Source: an uncultured delta proteobacterium (lineage in GTDB: Bacteria > Desulfobacterota > Binatia > UBA9968). Taken from it: a stretch of 64,000 nt of DNA. Positions 55,943-64,000 of this stretch are shown here, in pieces; position 1 is the first letter of the stretch, and each line of letters begins with the position of its first letter. The DNA is taken from NCBI GenBank assembly GCA_963847445.1, contig CAWJZV010000015.1, positions 224,001 to 288,000 on the forward strand, written 5' to 3'. The position numbers and the translations under genes are program-made. The notes under the pieces were generated by a model. It was not told the DNA's origin. It ran no database searches and saw nothing but the letters and a program-made list of their open reading frames with translations.

Positions 55943-56557
55943 ATGAGCGAAATAGTCAAGATCGTCAAAATCACCGGCACGGCGTTGCCGATGCGCGGCA
56001 ACGAAATTGACACCGACCGGATCATTCCGGCGCGTTATTTAAAAGAAGTCAGCTTCGCGCGCATGGGCGACTATCCATTCTTCGACGAGCGTTATACTGG
56101 CGAGGGTAAGAAGAAAGACCATCCGTTCAACGATCCCGAGTATAGCGGCGCGTCGATCCTGTTCGTCAACAAGAACTTCGGCTGCGGTTCGTCCCGCGAG
56201 CACGCGCCCCAAGCGCTCAACCGTTTCGGTATCAAGGTCATCGTCGGCGAATCCTTTGCGGCGATCTTCGCGGGCAACTGCACCATGATGGGCGTGCCGA
56301 CGGTGACGGCGAGCGAGAAAGACATCCAGCAGTTGATGAAAAGCGTCGAGGAAAATCCCAAGACCGAATACACCGTCGATATCGACAACAAGACCCTGAC
56401 CTACGGCAAAGTGAAGATCGCTATCGATCTGCCCGATACCTACCGCACGGCGTTGACCATGGGATCGTGGGACTCCACGGCGCTGTTGCGCGCCAACCTC
56501 GAGCAAGTCAAACAGACCGCCAAGAAACTGCCTTACATGAATAGCTTCGCCGGCTGA
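55943..56557 (+). CDS. leuD: 3-isopropylmalate dehydratase small subunit
   Basis: IDTDRIIPARYL, NFGCGSSREHAP, SFA.IF.GN. Confidence 0.97.
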   Translation: MSEIVKIVKITGTALPMRGNEIDTDRIIPARYLKEVSFARMGDYPFFDERYTGEGKKKDHPFNDPEYSGASILFVNKNFGCGSSREHAPQALNRFGIKVIVGESFAAIFAGNCTMMGVPTVTASEKDIQQLMKSVEENPKTEYTVDIDNKTLTYGKVKIAIDLPDTYRTALTMGSWDSTALLRANLEQVKQTAKKLPYMNSFAG

Positions 56558-56589
56558 AACCCTTGTCATCAACTGGAGCGAGTCGAGGA

Positions 56590-57288
56590 ATGGCTGAACG
56601 GATCGTGTCCATGCATGCCGCGCACCGCAGCGGCAAGGAAGTCGTCGACGGTTTCTTGTCCCGGCCCACCGGCGCGGGCGAGCGCCCGGCGATCGTTTTG
56701 GTGCACGGCTACCGCGGTCTCGACGACGGCCAGCGGGCGGTGACGCGGCGTTTCGCGCAAGAGGGGTTTGTCTGCCTGTCGCCGGATCTTTTTCACGGCA
56801 AAACTTATCACACTCTCGAGGATTGCGCGCTTAAGAAGACTTCGCTCGATATTCCAACTGCTGTCAATAATATCGTCGACAGTGTGCCCTATCTGCGCAA
56901 GTTGCCCTGGGTCGGCAAGAAAAAAGTCGCCGTATTAGGCTTCTGCATGGGCGGCGGCTTGGCGCTCTATGCCTTGGCGCAGTCGAAGGCGTTTGACGCC
57001 GGGGTGATTTACTATCAAAGCATGTTTCCCGATCCAGAGGATCTGAAGAGTATTACGGCGCCGATGCTGTGTCACTACGGCACCGACGATCCCGGCACGA
57101 CCCAGACCGAGATCGAAATGTTTCGCGACAGTCTGGAACGGCATAAGAAGAAATATCAAATCGCGATGTATCCCGGCGCCGGCCACGCTTTTCTCAACAA
57201 TCCGTCGAGTAAGAGCGCGGCCAACCACGATGCCGCCGATAAGTCGGTGGCCAGCACGGCGAAGTGGCTGAAGAAACTGCTGGCGTAA
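56590..57288 (+). CDS. Dienelactone hydrolase family protein
   Basis: GFCMGG nucleophile, YG..D, YPGAGHAF. Confidence 0.92.
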   Translation: MAERIVSMHAAHRSGKEVVDGFLSRPTGAGERPAIVLVHGYRGLDDGQRAVTRRFAQEGFVCLSPDLFHGKTYHTLEDCALKKTSLDIPTAVNNIVDSVPYLRKLPWVGKKKVAVLGFCMGGGLALYALAQSKAFDAGVIYYQSMFPDPEDLKSITAPMLCHYGTDDPGTTQTEIEMFRDSLERHKKKYQIAMYPGAGHAFLNNPSSKSAANHDAADKSVASTAKWLKKLLA

Positions 57289-57315
57289 TTTCAAATTATT
57301 TCCTGGGAGGATGTG

Positions 57316-57621
57316 ATGGCGAACAAATGGGACGAGCGTAAGAAGGCCCAAGAAGACGAGTACTTCGTAAAAAAAGAAAAAGAACAGCTGGCGAAGCTAA
57401 AAGCCAAGCAGGAAGCGGAAGCAAAAGAGGTGGCGAAAAAGGCCGCCTCTATGCGCTGTCCGAAGTGCGGTGACACGCTCAAGGTGCGCAGCTTCCAGAA
57501 GGTCGAGATCGATCAGTGCAACGGCTGCGGCGGTATCTGGTTGGACGCCGGCGAGTTGGAGCAGGTTGCCGAGAAGGATGAAGGCAGCTGGCTGGGTCGG
57601 TTCTGGCAAAAAAACGGCTGA
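57316..57621 (+). CDS. Small zinc-ribbon (zf-TFIIB-like) protein with an N-terminal IF1-like helix
   Basis: GGAGG RBS; CPKC...IDQCNGCGGIWLDAGEL; N-terminus WDERKKAQEDEYFVKKEKEQLAKLK. Confidence 0.85.
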   Translation: MANKWDERKKAQEDEYFVKKEKEQLAKLKAKQEAEAKEVAKKAASMRCPKCGDTLKVRSFQKVEIDQCNGCGGIWLDAGELEQVAEKDEGSWLGRFWQKNG

Positions 57622-57640
57622 GATGATTCTTGGCGGAAGA

Positions 57641-57765
57641 TTCGGAATCGAAATGTTGGCCGCAAAGAACGCAAAGGACACAAAAAAATTATCACCGTGT
57701 AGGGCGGGTTTTAAACCCGCCCTCTTGGAGTATCTGTGCAGCGTCGTAGGGTGCTGCTGCGCACC
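57641..57765. repeat. Composite intergenic repeat cluster (TTCGGA core, CGCAAAG nonamers, two GTAG-type REPs)
   Basis: ttcgga 57641; cgcaaagaa cgcaaagga cacaaaa; gtagggcgggttttaaacccgccct 57699-57723; gtagggtgctgctgcgcacc 57746-57765. Confidence 0.7.
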
Positions 57766-57810
57766 GATTGGAATTCGCAGTCGAAATTTAGTTAGCTAAA
57801 GGAGGCGACA

Positions 57811-58370
57811 ATGAAAAGAATCGTAAGCTCTCTGTTGCTGGCATTGGCGATGATCTGGGTGCAAACAGCGGCTCGGGTATCGGCGCAGGAGGGCAAGATC
57901 GTGCCTTACGTGCCGACGCCTCAGGAAGTTGTCGACCGCATGCTCGAGTTGGCCCAGGTGAAGAAGGGCGATGTCGTCTACGATCTCGGATCGGGCGACG
58001 GACGCATTGTCGTCACGGCGGCGAAGAAGTACGGCGTCAAGGCGATCGGCTTCGAAATCGATCCGGAGCGGATCAAAGAGTCCCATGAGAACATCAAGAA
58101 AGCCGGGGTTGAAAAACTGGTCGAAATCCGCCAGCAGGATATTCGCACGGTCGATCTGTCGGCGCCAACGTCTTGACGATGTATTTGTTGCCCGAGGTGA
58201 ACTTGATGATCCGGCCGAATATCTGGAAGCAGATGAAGCCCGGCTCGCGCATCGTCTCCCACGATTTCGATATGGGCGATTGGAAGCCGATGAAAACTGA
58301 ACATATCAAAGACGGTTCGAGCTGGGATCACACTCTGTATCTCTGGCACGTCGAGGCAGCGAAGAAATAG
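57811..58370 (+). CDS. Exported class I SAM-dependent methyltransferase (frameshift near 58165)
   Basis: Signal-peptide-like N-terminus; PYVPTP, VYDLGSGDGRI, G.EID, TMYLL, PGSRIVSHDF. Confidence 0.88.
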
Positions 58371-58387
58371 TCCGGTTTGCGCAAACG

Positions 58388-59542
58388 ATGAGTATGCAAC
58401 TGACAAGAGTTTTGTTTGGCGCGCTCGTGGCGCTCGGCTATTTGTCAAGTCTTGCTGCGGCGCAGATCAAGATCGGCGTCGCCGAAGCGTTGACCGGCAA
58501 TGCCGCGCAGTACGGCGTGCCGATCCGCAAGGGGTTCGAGTTGGCGGTGAGCGAGATCAACGGTAGCGGCGGTATCAATGGCAACAAGATCGAGCTCATT
58601 GTCGAAGACGAGCAGGGCAAAAAAGAAGAAGCGATCAACGTTTTCAAGAAGCTGATCTTTCAGGACAAAGTGTTGATGCTGTTCGGTCCGACGCTGTCCA
58701 ATTCGGCGCAGGCCTCCGATCCGGTGGCGCAGGCAGCCAAGGTGGTGGTCTTCGGCACCTCGAATACCGCCGATGGCATCACTTCCATCGGCAATTACGT
58801 GTTTCGCAATTCGGTCACCGAGGCCGATATTTTGCCGGTGACCTTGAAGGTCGCGGCGCAGAAGACCGGCTTGAAAAAAGTCGCGGTGCTTTACGGCAAC
58901 GACGATATTTTTACCAAGAGCGGTTACGATAATTTCAAAAAAGCACTGGAGACTCTTAAGATCCCGGTGACCACCACCGAAACCTTCGCCAAGGGTGATG
59001 TCGATTTCAAGCCGCAGCTGACCAAGATCAAAGCCAGTAAGGCCGATGCGATCGTCCTGTCGGCGTTGGTTGCGGAAGGCGCGCCGGCGATGGTGCAAGC
59101 GCGCCAGCTGGGTATCACTCTGCCGTTGATCGGCGGCAACGGTATGAATTCGCCTAAGGTCTTCGATCTGGCCAAAGACAACTCCGACAACCTGTGGGTC
59201 GGCAGCCCCTGGTCCAGCGAGAATCCGGCGGCGGAGAACAAACGCTTCATCGCCGCTTATCAGAAAGCGCACAGCGCGATGCCGGACCAGTTCGCCGCCC
59301 AAGCCTACGACGCCATGCATATCGTCGCCCAGGCGCTGAAGCAGGTGAAACTCACCGGCAAGCTCGAAGCCGATCGCAACGCGCTCCGCAACGCCTTGCC
59401 GGCGGTGCAGATCGCCGGCGCCACCGGACCCTTCAAGTTTCGCCAGGTCAAGGACAAGGACGGCAAGCCGGCCGGTTACGACGCCGTGCAGACCGCCATC
59501 GTGATGATGACCAAGGGTAACCAATACGTGATTCAAAAATAA
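58388..59542 (+). CDS. livK: Branched-chain amino acid-type ABC transporter substrate-binding protein
   Basis: IKIG...LTG..A.YG, EINGSGGING, DF..QLTKIKA, AAQAYDA. Confidence 0.9.
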   Translation: MSMQLTRVLFGALVALGYLSSLAAAQIKIGVAEALTGNAAQYGVPIRKGFELAVSEINGSGGINGNKIELIVEDEQGKKEEAINVFKKLIFQDKVLMLFGPTLSNSAQASDPVAQAAKVVVFGTSNTADGITSIGNYVFRNSVTEADILPVTLKVAAQKTGLKKVAVLYGNDDIFTKSGYDNFKKALETLKIPVTTTETFAKGDVDFKPQLTKIKASKADAIVLSALVAEGAPAMVQARQLGITLPLIGGNGMNSPKVFDLAKDNSDNLWVGSPWSSENPAAENKRFIAAYQKAHSAMPDQFAAQAYDAMHIVAQALKQVKLTGKLEADRNALRNALPAVQIAGATGPFKFRQVKDKDGKPAGYDAVQTAIVMMTKGNQYVIQK

Positions 59543-59545
59543 CCG

Positions 59546-60428
59546 ATGCTCGCCCAGCAATTCGTCAACGCGATCTCCCTGGGCGGTGTCTATGCGCTGT
59601 TCGCTCTCGGTTTCACCCTGATCTTCGGCGTCCTGAACGTCGTCAACCTCGCCCATGGTGCTATATTCATGCTTGGCGCTTACACGGCGCTGCAAGCGGT
59701 GGTGCTTTTCAAATTCCCTCTGGCTGCTGGCGATGGGCGCGGCGATCGTCGTCACCGGTGCCGCCGGCTGGTTGCTTGACCGCTTGATCTTCGCGCCGCT
59801 AAGAGCGCGCCAGGCGCCTCATTTGGCGCCGATGATCGCCACCATCGGTTTGGGGATTTCTCTCAACAGTACCATCCAGGGTATTTTCGGCGCCGAGAAT
59901 TTGCGCTTCCCGGTGCATGGCTTGGCCGCTGAAAGTTTGCAGTTTGACGGCGTGCAAGTTACCTGGCTGGAGATTCAGATAATTCTTCTGGCGTTCGTCC
60001 TCATGGCTGTCCTGCTATGGTGGCTCAAACACACGCGCATGGGTTGTGCCCTGCGCGCGTTGGCGGAGTCGCGCAAGGCGGCGGCGCTGTTGGGCATCGA
60101 CGTCGAGGGGCTGTTTCGCGTGACTTCGGTCATCGCCGCGCTCCTGGGTGGCGTGGCCGGCGTCTTGATCGCGCTCTACACCAACGCGGTGTTTCCCCAG
60201 ATGGGTCAACCGATGCTGCACAAAGGCATCGCGGTGGTCATCCTCGGCGGCATGGGCGATATCCGCGGCGCTCTGCTCGGCGGTTTCTTTCTTGGCTGTG
60301 CCGAGGTTTTTTCCGTGGCTTATATCGGCTCGACCATGCGTGACGCAGTCGCCTTCGGCCTGCTGTTCGCTATCCTGTTACTCCGACCCGAAGGCTTGTT
60401 CGGCAAAGCTGCGCAACGGCGCGCCTGA
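59546..60428 (+). CDS. livH: Branched-chain amino acid ABC transporter permease (frameshift near 59715)
   Basis: YAL.ALGFTLIFG...VNLAHG, VILGG.G.I.GA, RPEGLFG. Confidence 0.92.
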
Positions 60429-60447
60429 TCTGAACGCCCTACGGGGC

Positions 60448-60480
60448 GTCAAGGTTCAAGGTTCAAAGTTCAAATTCGGA
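60448..60480. repeat. Heptamer tandem array (GTTCAAR)n followed by TTCGGA
   Basis: gtcaag gttcaag gttcaaa gttcaaa ttcgga. Confidence 0.8.
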
Positions 60481-60537
60481 GTGCAGAGTTCGTCAAGCTG
60501 CGATACGGAGTGTAATTAGTGACTTTAGCTCAACGAC

Positions 60538-61392
60538 ATGGAATGGCTCGAAACTTTTTGGGCGACTTATAGCACGTTGGTGCTGTCCATCGGCACCAAC
60601 GTGCTGTTGGCGTTGTCGATCTATCTGACCCTCGCCTGTGGGCTCTTGACCGTCGCCAATGCCGCGTTCATGGGTATCGGCGCTTACACCGCGGCGCTCC
60701 TTAGCTTGCATAGCGGTATGCCTTTTCATTTATCGTTGCTGTTGGGGGCATTGCTGCCGGCGGTGGTGGCGTTGTTGCTCGGTCCGCCGACGCTGCGGCT
60801 GTCGGGAGTTTATTTGGCGATGGCGACGCTCGCCTTCGGTGAGATCGTGCGGATATTTTTGCTCAACGCCGAAGGTTTGACTGGCGGTGCGTTAGGGTTG
60901 AACGGTATCCCGCAGCACAGCCAATGGTTCGACGTTGCGCTGGCGGTGAGCGCGGCTTTGTACGTGCTGCTGCGCTTCGCCGGCTCGCAGATCGGCCGCA
61001 CTCTGGCGGCGATCTGCCAGGATGAAACCGCCACCGAGCTGATGGGGCTCAACGTGCGCGCCTACAAACTCTTCGCCTTCGTGCTCGGCGCGGGGCTGGC
61101 CGGTCTGGCGGGCGGGTTGAATGCCCACTTTACTTTTTTCATCAGTCCTAATGAGTACGGTTTCGACCGCGGCGTCGAAATCTTGGCGATGGGTGTGCTC
61201 GGCGGCACCGGCAGCCCCTGGGGCGCGGTGATCGGCGGTGTGGTGATTACACTGCTGCCGGAGTTGCTGCGCGGTCTCGGCGATTACCGGCCGCTGATTA
61301 ACGGATTGATTTTGATCGTGATCATTCTTTACTCGCCCAAGGGTATCTGGGATCTCACGCGCTATCTGCATCGGCGCGCCGCGGTCGATTAG
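60538..61392 (+). CDS. livM: Branched-chain amino acid ABC transporter permease
   Basis: AF.GIGAY, RL.G.YLAMATLAF, TGG..G, LGG.GS..GA. Confidence 0.92.
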   Translation: MEWLETFWATYSTLVLSIGTNVLLALSIYLTLACGLLTVANAAFMGIGAYTAALLSLHSGMPFHLSLLLGALLPAVVALLLGPPTLRLSGVYLAMATLAFGEIVRIFLLNAEGLTGGALGLNGIPQHSQWFDVALAVSAALYVLLRFAGSQIGRTLAAICQDETATELMGLNVRAYKLFAFVLGAGLAGLAGGLNAHFTFFISPNEYGFDRGVEILAMGVLGGTGSPWGAVIGGVVITLLPELLRGLGDYRPLINGLILIVIILYSPKGIWDLTRYLHRRAAVD

Positions 61393-61394
61393 TC

Positions 61395-62184
61395 ATGCTG
61401 CGCTTGTCATCCATCACAAAGAATTTTGGCGGTTTGCAGGTGTTGCAGAACATCAGCCTGACCGTTCCCGAGCGTGGCATCTTTGGCCTGATCGGTCCCA
61501 ACGGCGCGGGCAAGACCACGGTGTTCAATTTGATCACCGGTTTGCTGGCGCCGACCAGCGGCACCATCGAGTTCCGCGGCCGACCGTTAAACGGATTAGC
61601 ACCGCATCGAATTACCCGTTGCGGCATTGCCCGCACCTTTCAAAATATTCGCATTTTCAAGGAGATGACTTTGGCCGAAAATGTCTTGGTCGCCGTCGGG
61701 CGGCAGGACGCGCTACGGCGTCATGGGCGTTCTCTGGCCGTCGGCGCGCTTGCGGGCAGCGCAGCAGCGGCAACGAGCCGAGTCTAAGGAGCTGTTAGCC
61801 AAGGTCGGTCTTGCGGACAAAGCGGCCATCTTGGCCGGTAAGCTTTCCTATGGCGAACAGCGCCGTTTGGAAATCGCCAGGGCGCTGGCCACGGCACCCA
61901 AGCTTTTGCTGCTCGACGAGCCGGCGGCGGGGATGAATGGAGCGGAGAAGCAGCAGCTCATGGAAGAGATCGTCAAATTGGCAGAGAGCGGCTTGAGCAT
62001 GTTGATCATCGAACATGACATGCGCTTTGTCATGGGACTGTGCCGGCAGATCGCGGTGCTCAATTTCGGCCGGCTGATCGCCCAGGGCACACCGGAAGAG
62101 ATTCGCGCCAATCCCGCGGTCGTCGAAGCTTATTTGGGCGAAGAGAGCGCCGACGATGACGCGCCGGCGCAGAGATTGTTATGA
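61395..62184 (+). CDS. livG: Branched-chain amino acid ABC transporter ATP-binding protein (frameshift near 61700)
   Basis: GPNGAGKTT, RTFQNIR, LSYGEQRRLEIARAL, LLDEPAAG, IEHDM. Confidence 0.93.
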
Positions 62185-62894
62185 GCGCGTTACTTCGCGT
62201 TGAAAATTTGCAGGTGCGTTATGGTGCCATCGAAGCGGTCAGAGGCATCAGTTTCACTCTTGAGCTGGGACAGATCGTCACCTTGCTCGGCGCCAATGGC
62301 GCGGGCAAGTCGACCACGCTGCTGGCGCTGTCGGGGCTGCTCAATATCAGCGCCGGCTCGATCCAATTCGACGGCAAGGAGTTGCGCGGCCGGGCGCCGC
62401 ACCAGATCGTCGATCTGGGGCTGGTCCAAGTCGCCGAAGGGCGCGAGATTATCGCCACGCTGACGGTGCGCGAGAATTTGCTCCTGGGCGCCTATCGGCG
62501 CCATATCCGTGCTGAGATCAACAATGACTTAGAAAAAATGCTCGAAATGTTCCCGCGCTTGAGCGACCGGCTCGGCGCTGCCGCCGGTAATCTTTCCGGC
62601 GGCGAGCAACAGATGCTTGCCATCGCCAGGGCATTGATGGCGCGGCCGCGCCTGCTGCTGTTGGATGAGCCGTCGATGGGTTTGGCGCCGCTCTTGGTTC
62701 AAGAAATCTTTCGGACTTTGCGGCAGCTGCGTCGGAGCGGTTTGACGATCTTGCTGGTGGAGCAGAATGTCCGCCAAGCGCTCAAGATCGCCGAGTACGC
62801 TTACGTCATGGAGAACGGCGCGATTGTCTTGTCGGGGCGCAGCGATGAGCTGCTGCACAATGACCAGATCATCGCGGCCTATCTCGGCGGTTAG
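62181..62894 (+). CDS. livF: Branched-chain amino acid ABC transporter ATP-binding protein
   Basis: GANGAGKST, LSGGEQQMLAI, LDEPSMGLAP, LVEQN. Confidence 0.95.
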   Translation: MSALLRVENLQVRYGAIEAVRGISFTLELGQIVTLLGANGAGKSTTLLALSGLLNISAGSIQFDGKELRGRAPHQIVDLGLVQVAEGREIIATLTVRENLLLGAYRRHIRAEINNDLEKMLEMFPRLSDRLGAAAGNLSGGEQQMLAIARALMARPRLLLLDEPSMGLAPLLVQEIFRTLRQLRRSGLTILLVEQNVRQALKIAEYAYVMENGAIVLSGRSDELLHNDQIIAAYLGG

Positions 62895-63149
62895 TATCGC
62901 CTCGCCACGCTGGCTTACATCACATCACTGTTGGAAAACACTACACAACGCACTCGCGGCAGTTGTCGTAGTTGCAGGAGTCTGAAGGGAAACCAGCGGG
63001 TTTCCGGCGACGGGCGGAGAACTTACAGGTTTGTTCCTAATTGCGCCGAACATCGCTGTTTGTGCACTTTGTGGTTGCTGCGATTTCACGGTTTGTCCGA
63101 TAGTTGCGCGACTGGCCGCTTCTGTCCCGAGAAACCAGCCGGGTGTTTG

Positions 63150-63164
63150 TGGCATGGATTCTGC
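63150..63164 (+). promoter_or_regulatory. Sigma54 (-24/-12) promoter of the downstream HTH gene
   Basis: TGGCATGGATTCTGC (GG-N10-GC). Confidence 0.6.
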
Positions 63165-63211
63165 CTTATGCTGTTCCTAGAATTTTGATTCCAAGAGAAG
63201 GAGGAGTTTCG

Positions 63212-63416
63212 ATGGATGAAATTTTGACCGCGGGTGAAGTAGCTGAGCTGCTTACAGATCCATCCGCGGACGGTTTACAAGCTGGTCAAGCAGGGGTCGA
63301 TTCCTGGGCGCAAGTTCGGCGGGGGATGGCGTTTTAGCCGAACCGATATCGTCGCAATGGTTTCGCCCCAAGGACAACCACCGGCGCCGCGCCAGCTGCA
63401 CACCGAAGAACGCTAG
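63212..63416 (+). CDS. Small excisionase-type (HTH_17) DNA-binding protein (frameshift near 63252)
   Basis: AGGAGG RBS; MDEILTAGEVAELL/QIHPRTVYKLVKQGSIPGRKFGGGWRF. Confidence 0.8.
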
Positions 63417-63441
63417 TTTCCCAGATCGACTTTCCACTAAG

Positions 63442-63489
63442 AAACCCTCCCGGATCGAGTCGTGCCGACTTCGAACGGGAGGGTTTTTT
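63442..63489 (+). terminator. Intrinsic terminator
   Basis: aaaccctcccg...cgggagggtttttt. Confidence 0.8.
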
Positions 63490-63593
63490 ATTTCAGCGTT
63501 TCAAATCCCCATCACCACAGCCCGCGCCGGCTTGCTTCCAATACGCTGAGCAGCTAGGAAGGACGGATCAATCTGTTTCTAAGGACGGCAACC

Positions 63594-64000
63594 ATGGATG
63601 GGGCACTGGCGGGCATCAAAGTCATCGAAGCGGCGAGTTATGTCACCGGACCGTTCGCGTCGCAGCTACTGGCGGATTTGGGCGCGGAAGTAATCAAGGT
63701 CGAAGAGCCGCAGCGCGGCGATCCGTTTCGCGGCTGGGGCGAGCGTAACTACTCGTCGACGTTTTGCAGTCTTAACCGCAATAAGAAAAGCGTTACATTA
63801 GATTTTCGTACCGATGAGGGGCGCGATGTGCTGCTGCAGTTATTAACCAGCGCCGATGTGTTTATTCAAAACTTTCGCCCCGGCGTCTTGGACAAGCGCG
63901 GCCTCGGTTACGACGATGTCAAAAAGCTCAATGCAAAAATCGTTTACTGTTCGATTTCCGGCTTCGGTCCCAAGGGGCCGTACCGCGACATGCCGGGCTA
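63594..64000 (+). CDS. CaiB/BaiF family CoA-transferase (3' truncated by window)
   Basis: LAGIKVIE....V.GP.....LADLGAEVIKVE, NRNKKS, ADV.IQNFRPG, YCSISGFG. Confidence 0.93.
   Translation, partial: MDGALAGIKVIEAASYVTGPFASQLLADLGAEVIKVEEPQRGDPFRGWGERNYSSTFCSLNRNKKSVTLDFRTDEGRDVLLQLLTSADVFIQNFRPGVLDKRGLGYDDVKKLNAKIVYCSISGFGPKGPYRDMPG

Overview
GC-rich bacterial chromosome segment. Gene order (pgk-tpiA-secG-tRNA-Leu; tolQRAB-pal-cpoB; rho; rpsB-tsf-pyrH-frr-uppS-cdsA-dxr-rseP-tsaB; ilvBN-ilvC-psd-pssA-leuA-leuB-asd-truA...leuCD) is deltaproteobacteria-like; together with the catabolic gene content it suggests Candidatus Binatia (inference). Layout: 1-22 kb is an accessory/catabolic mosaic (hydantoinase/oxoprolinase A+B, SDR, KDPG-type aldolase, decarboxylase-like protein, LVIVD protein, PqqC/CADD-like diiron enzyme, threonine aldolase, amidohydrolase, adenine deaminase, UbiD, IS3 remnant). 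22-52 kb is core housekeeping. 52-64 kb holds inserted catabolic genes, leuCD and a liv ABC transporter. About 20 genes carry short indels that look like long-read assembly errors. Most notable: (1) a probable selenoprotein peroxiredoxin-like gene missed by the ORF track (UxxC plus SECIS-like hairpin); (2) a small zinc-ribbon protein whose N-terminus resembles the inhibitory helix of mitochondrial IF1; (3) intergenic 7/9-mer tandem hairpin repeats, several with a shared TTCGGA core, plus several REP-like families; (4) an end-less IS3 fragment inside a REP-like palindrome; (5) two excisionase-type HTH genes each behind a sigma54 promoter. All calls come from reading the sequence; no searches were run.
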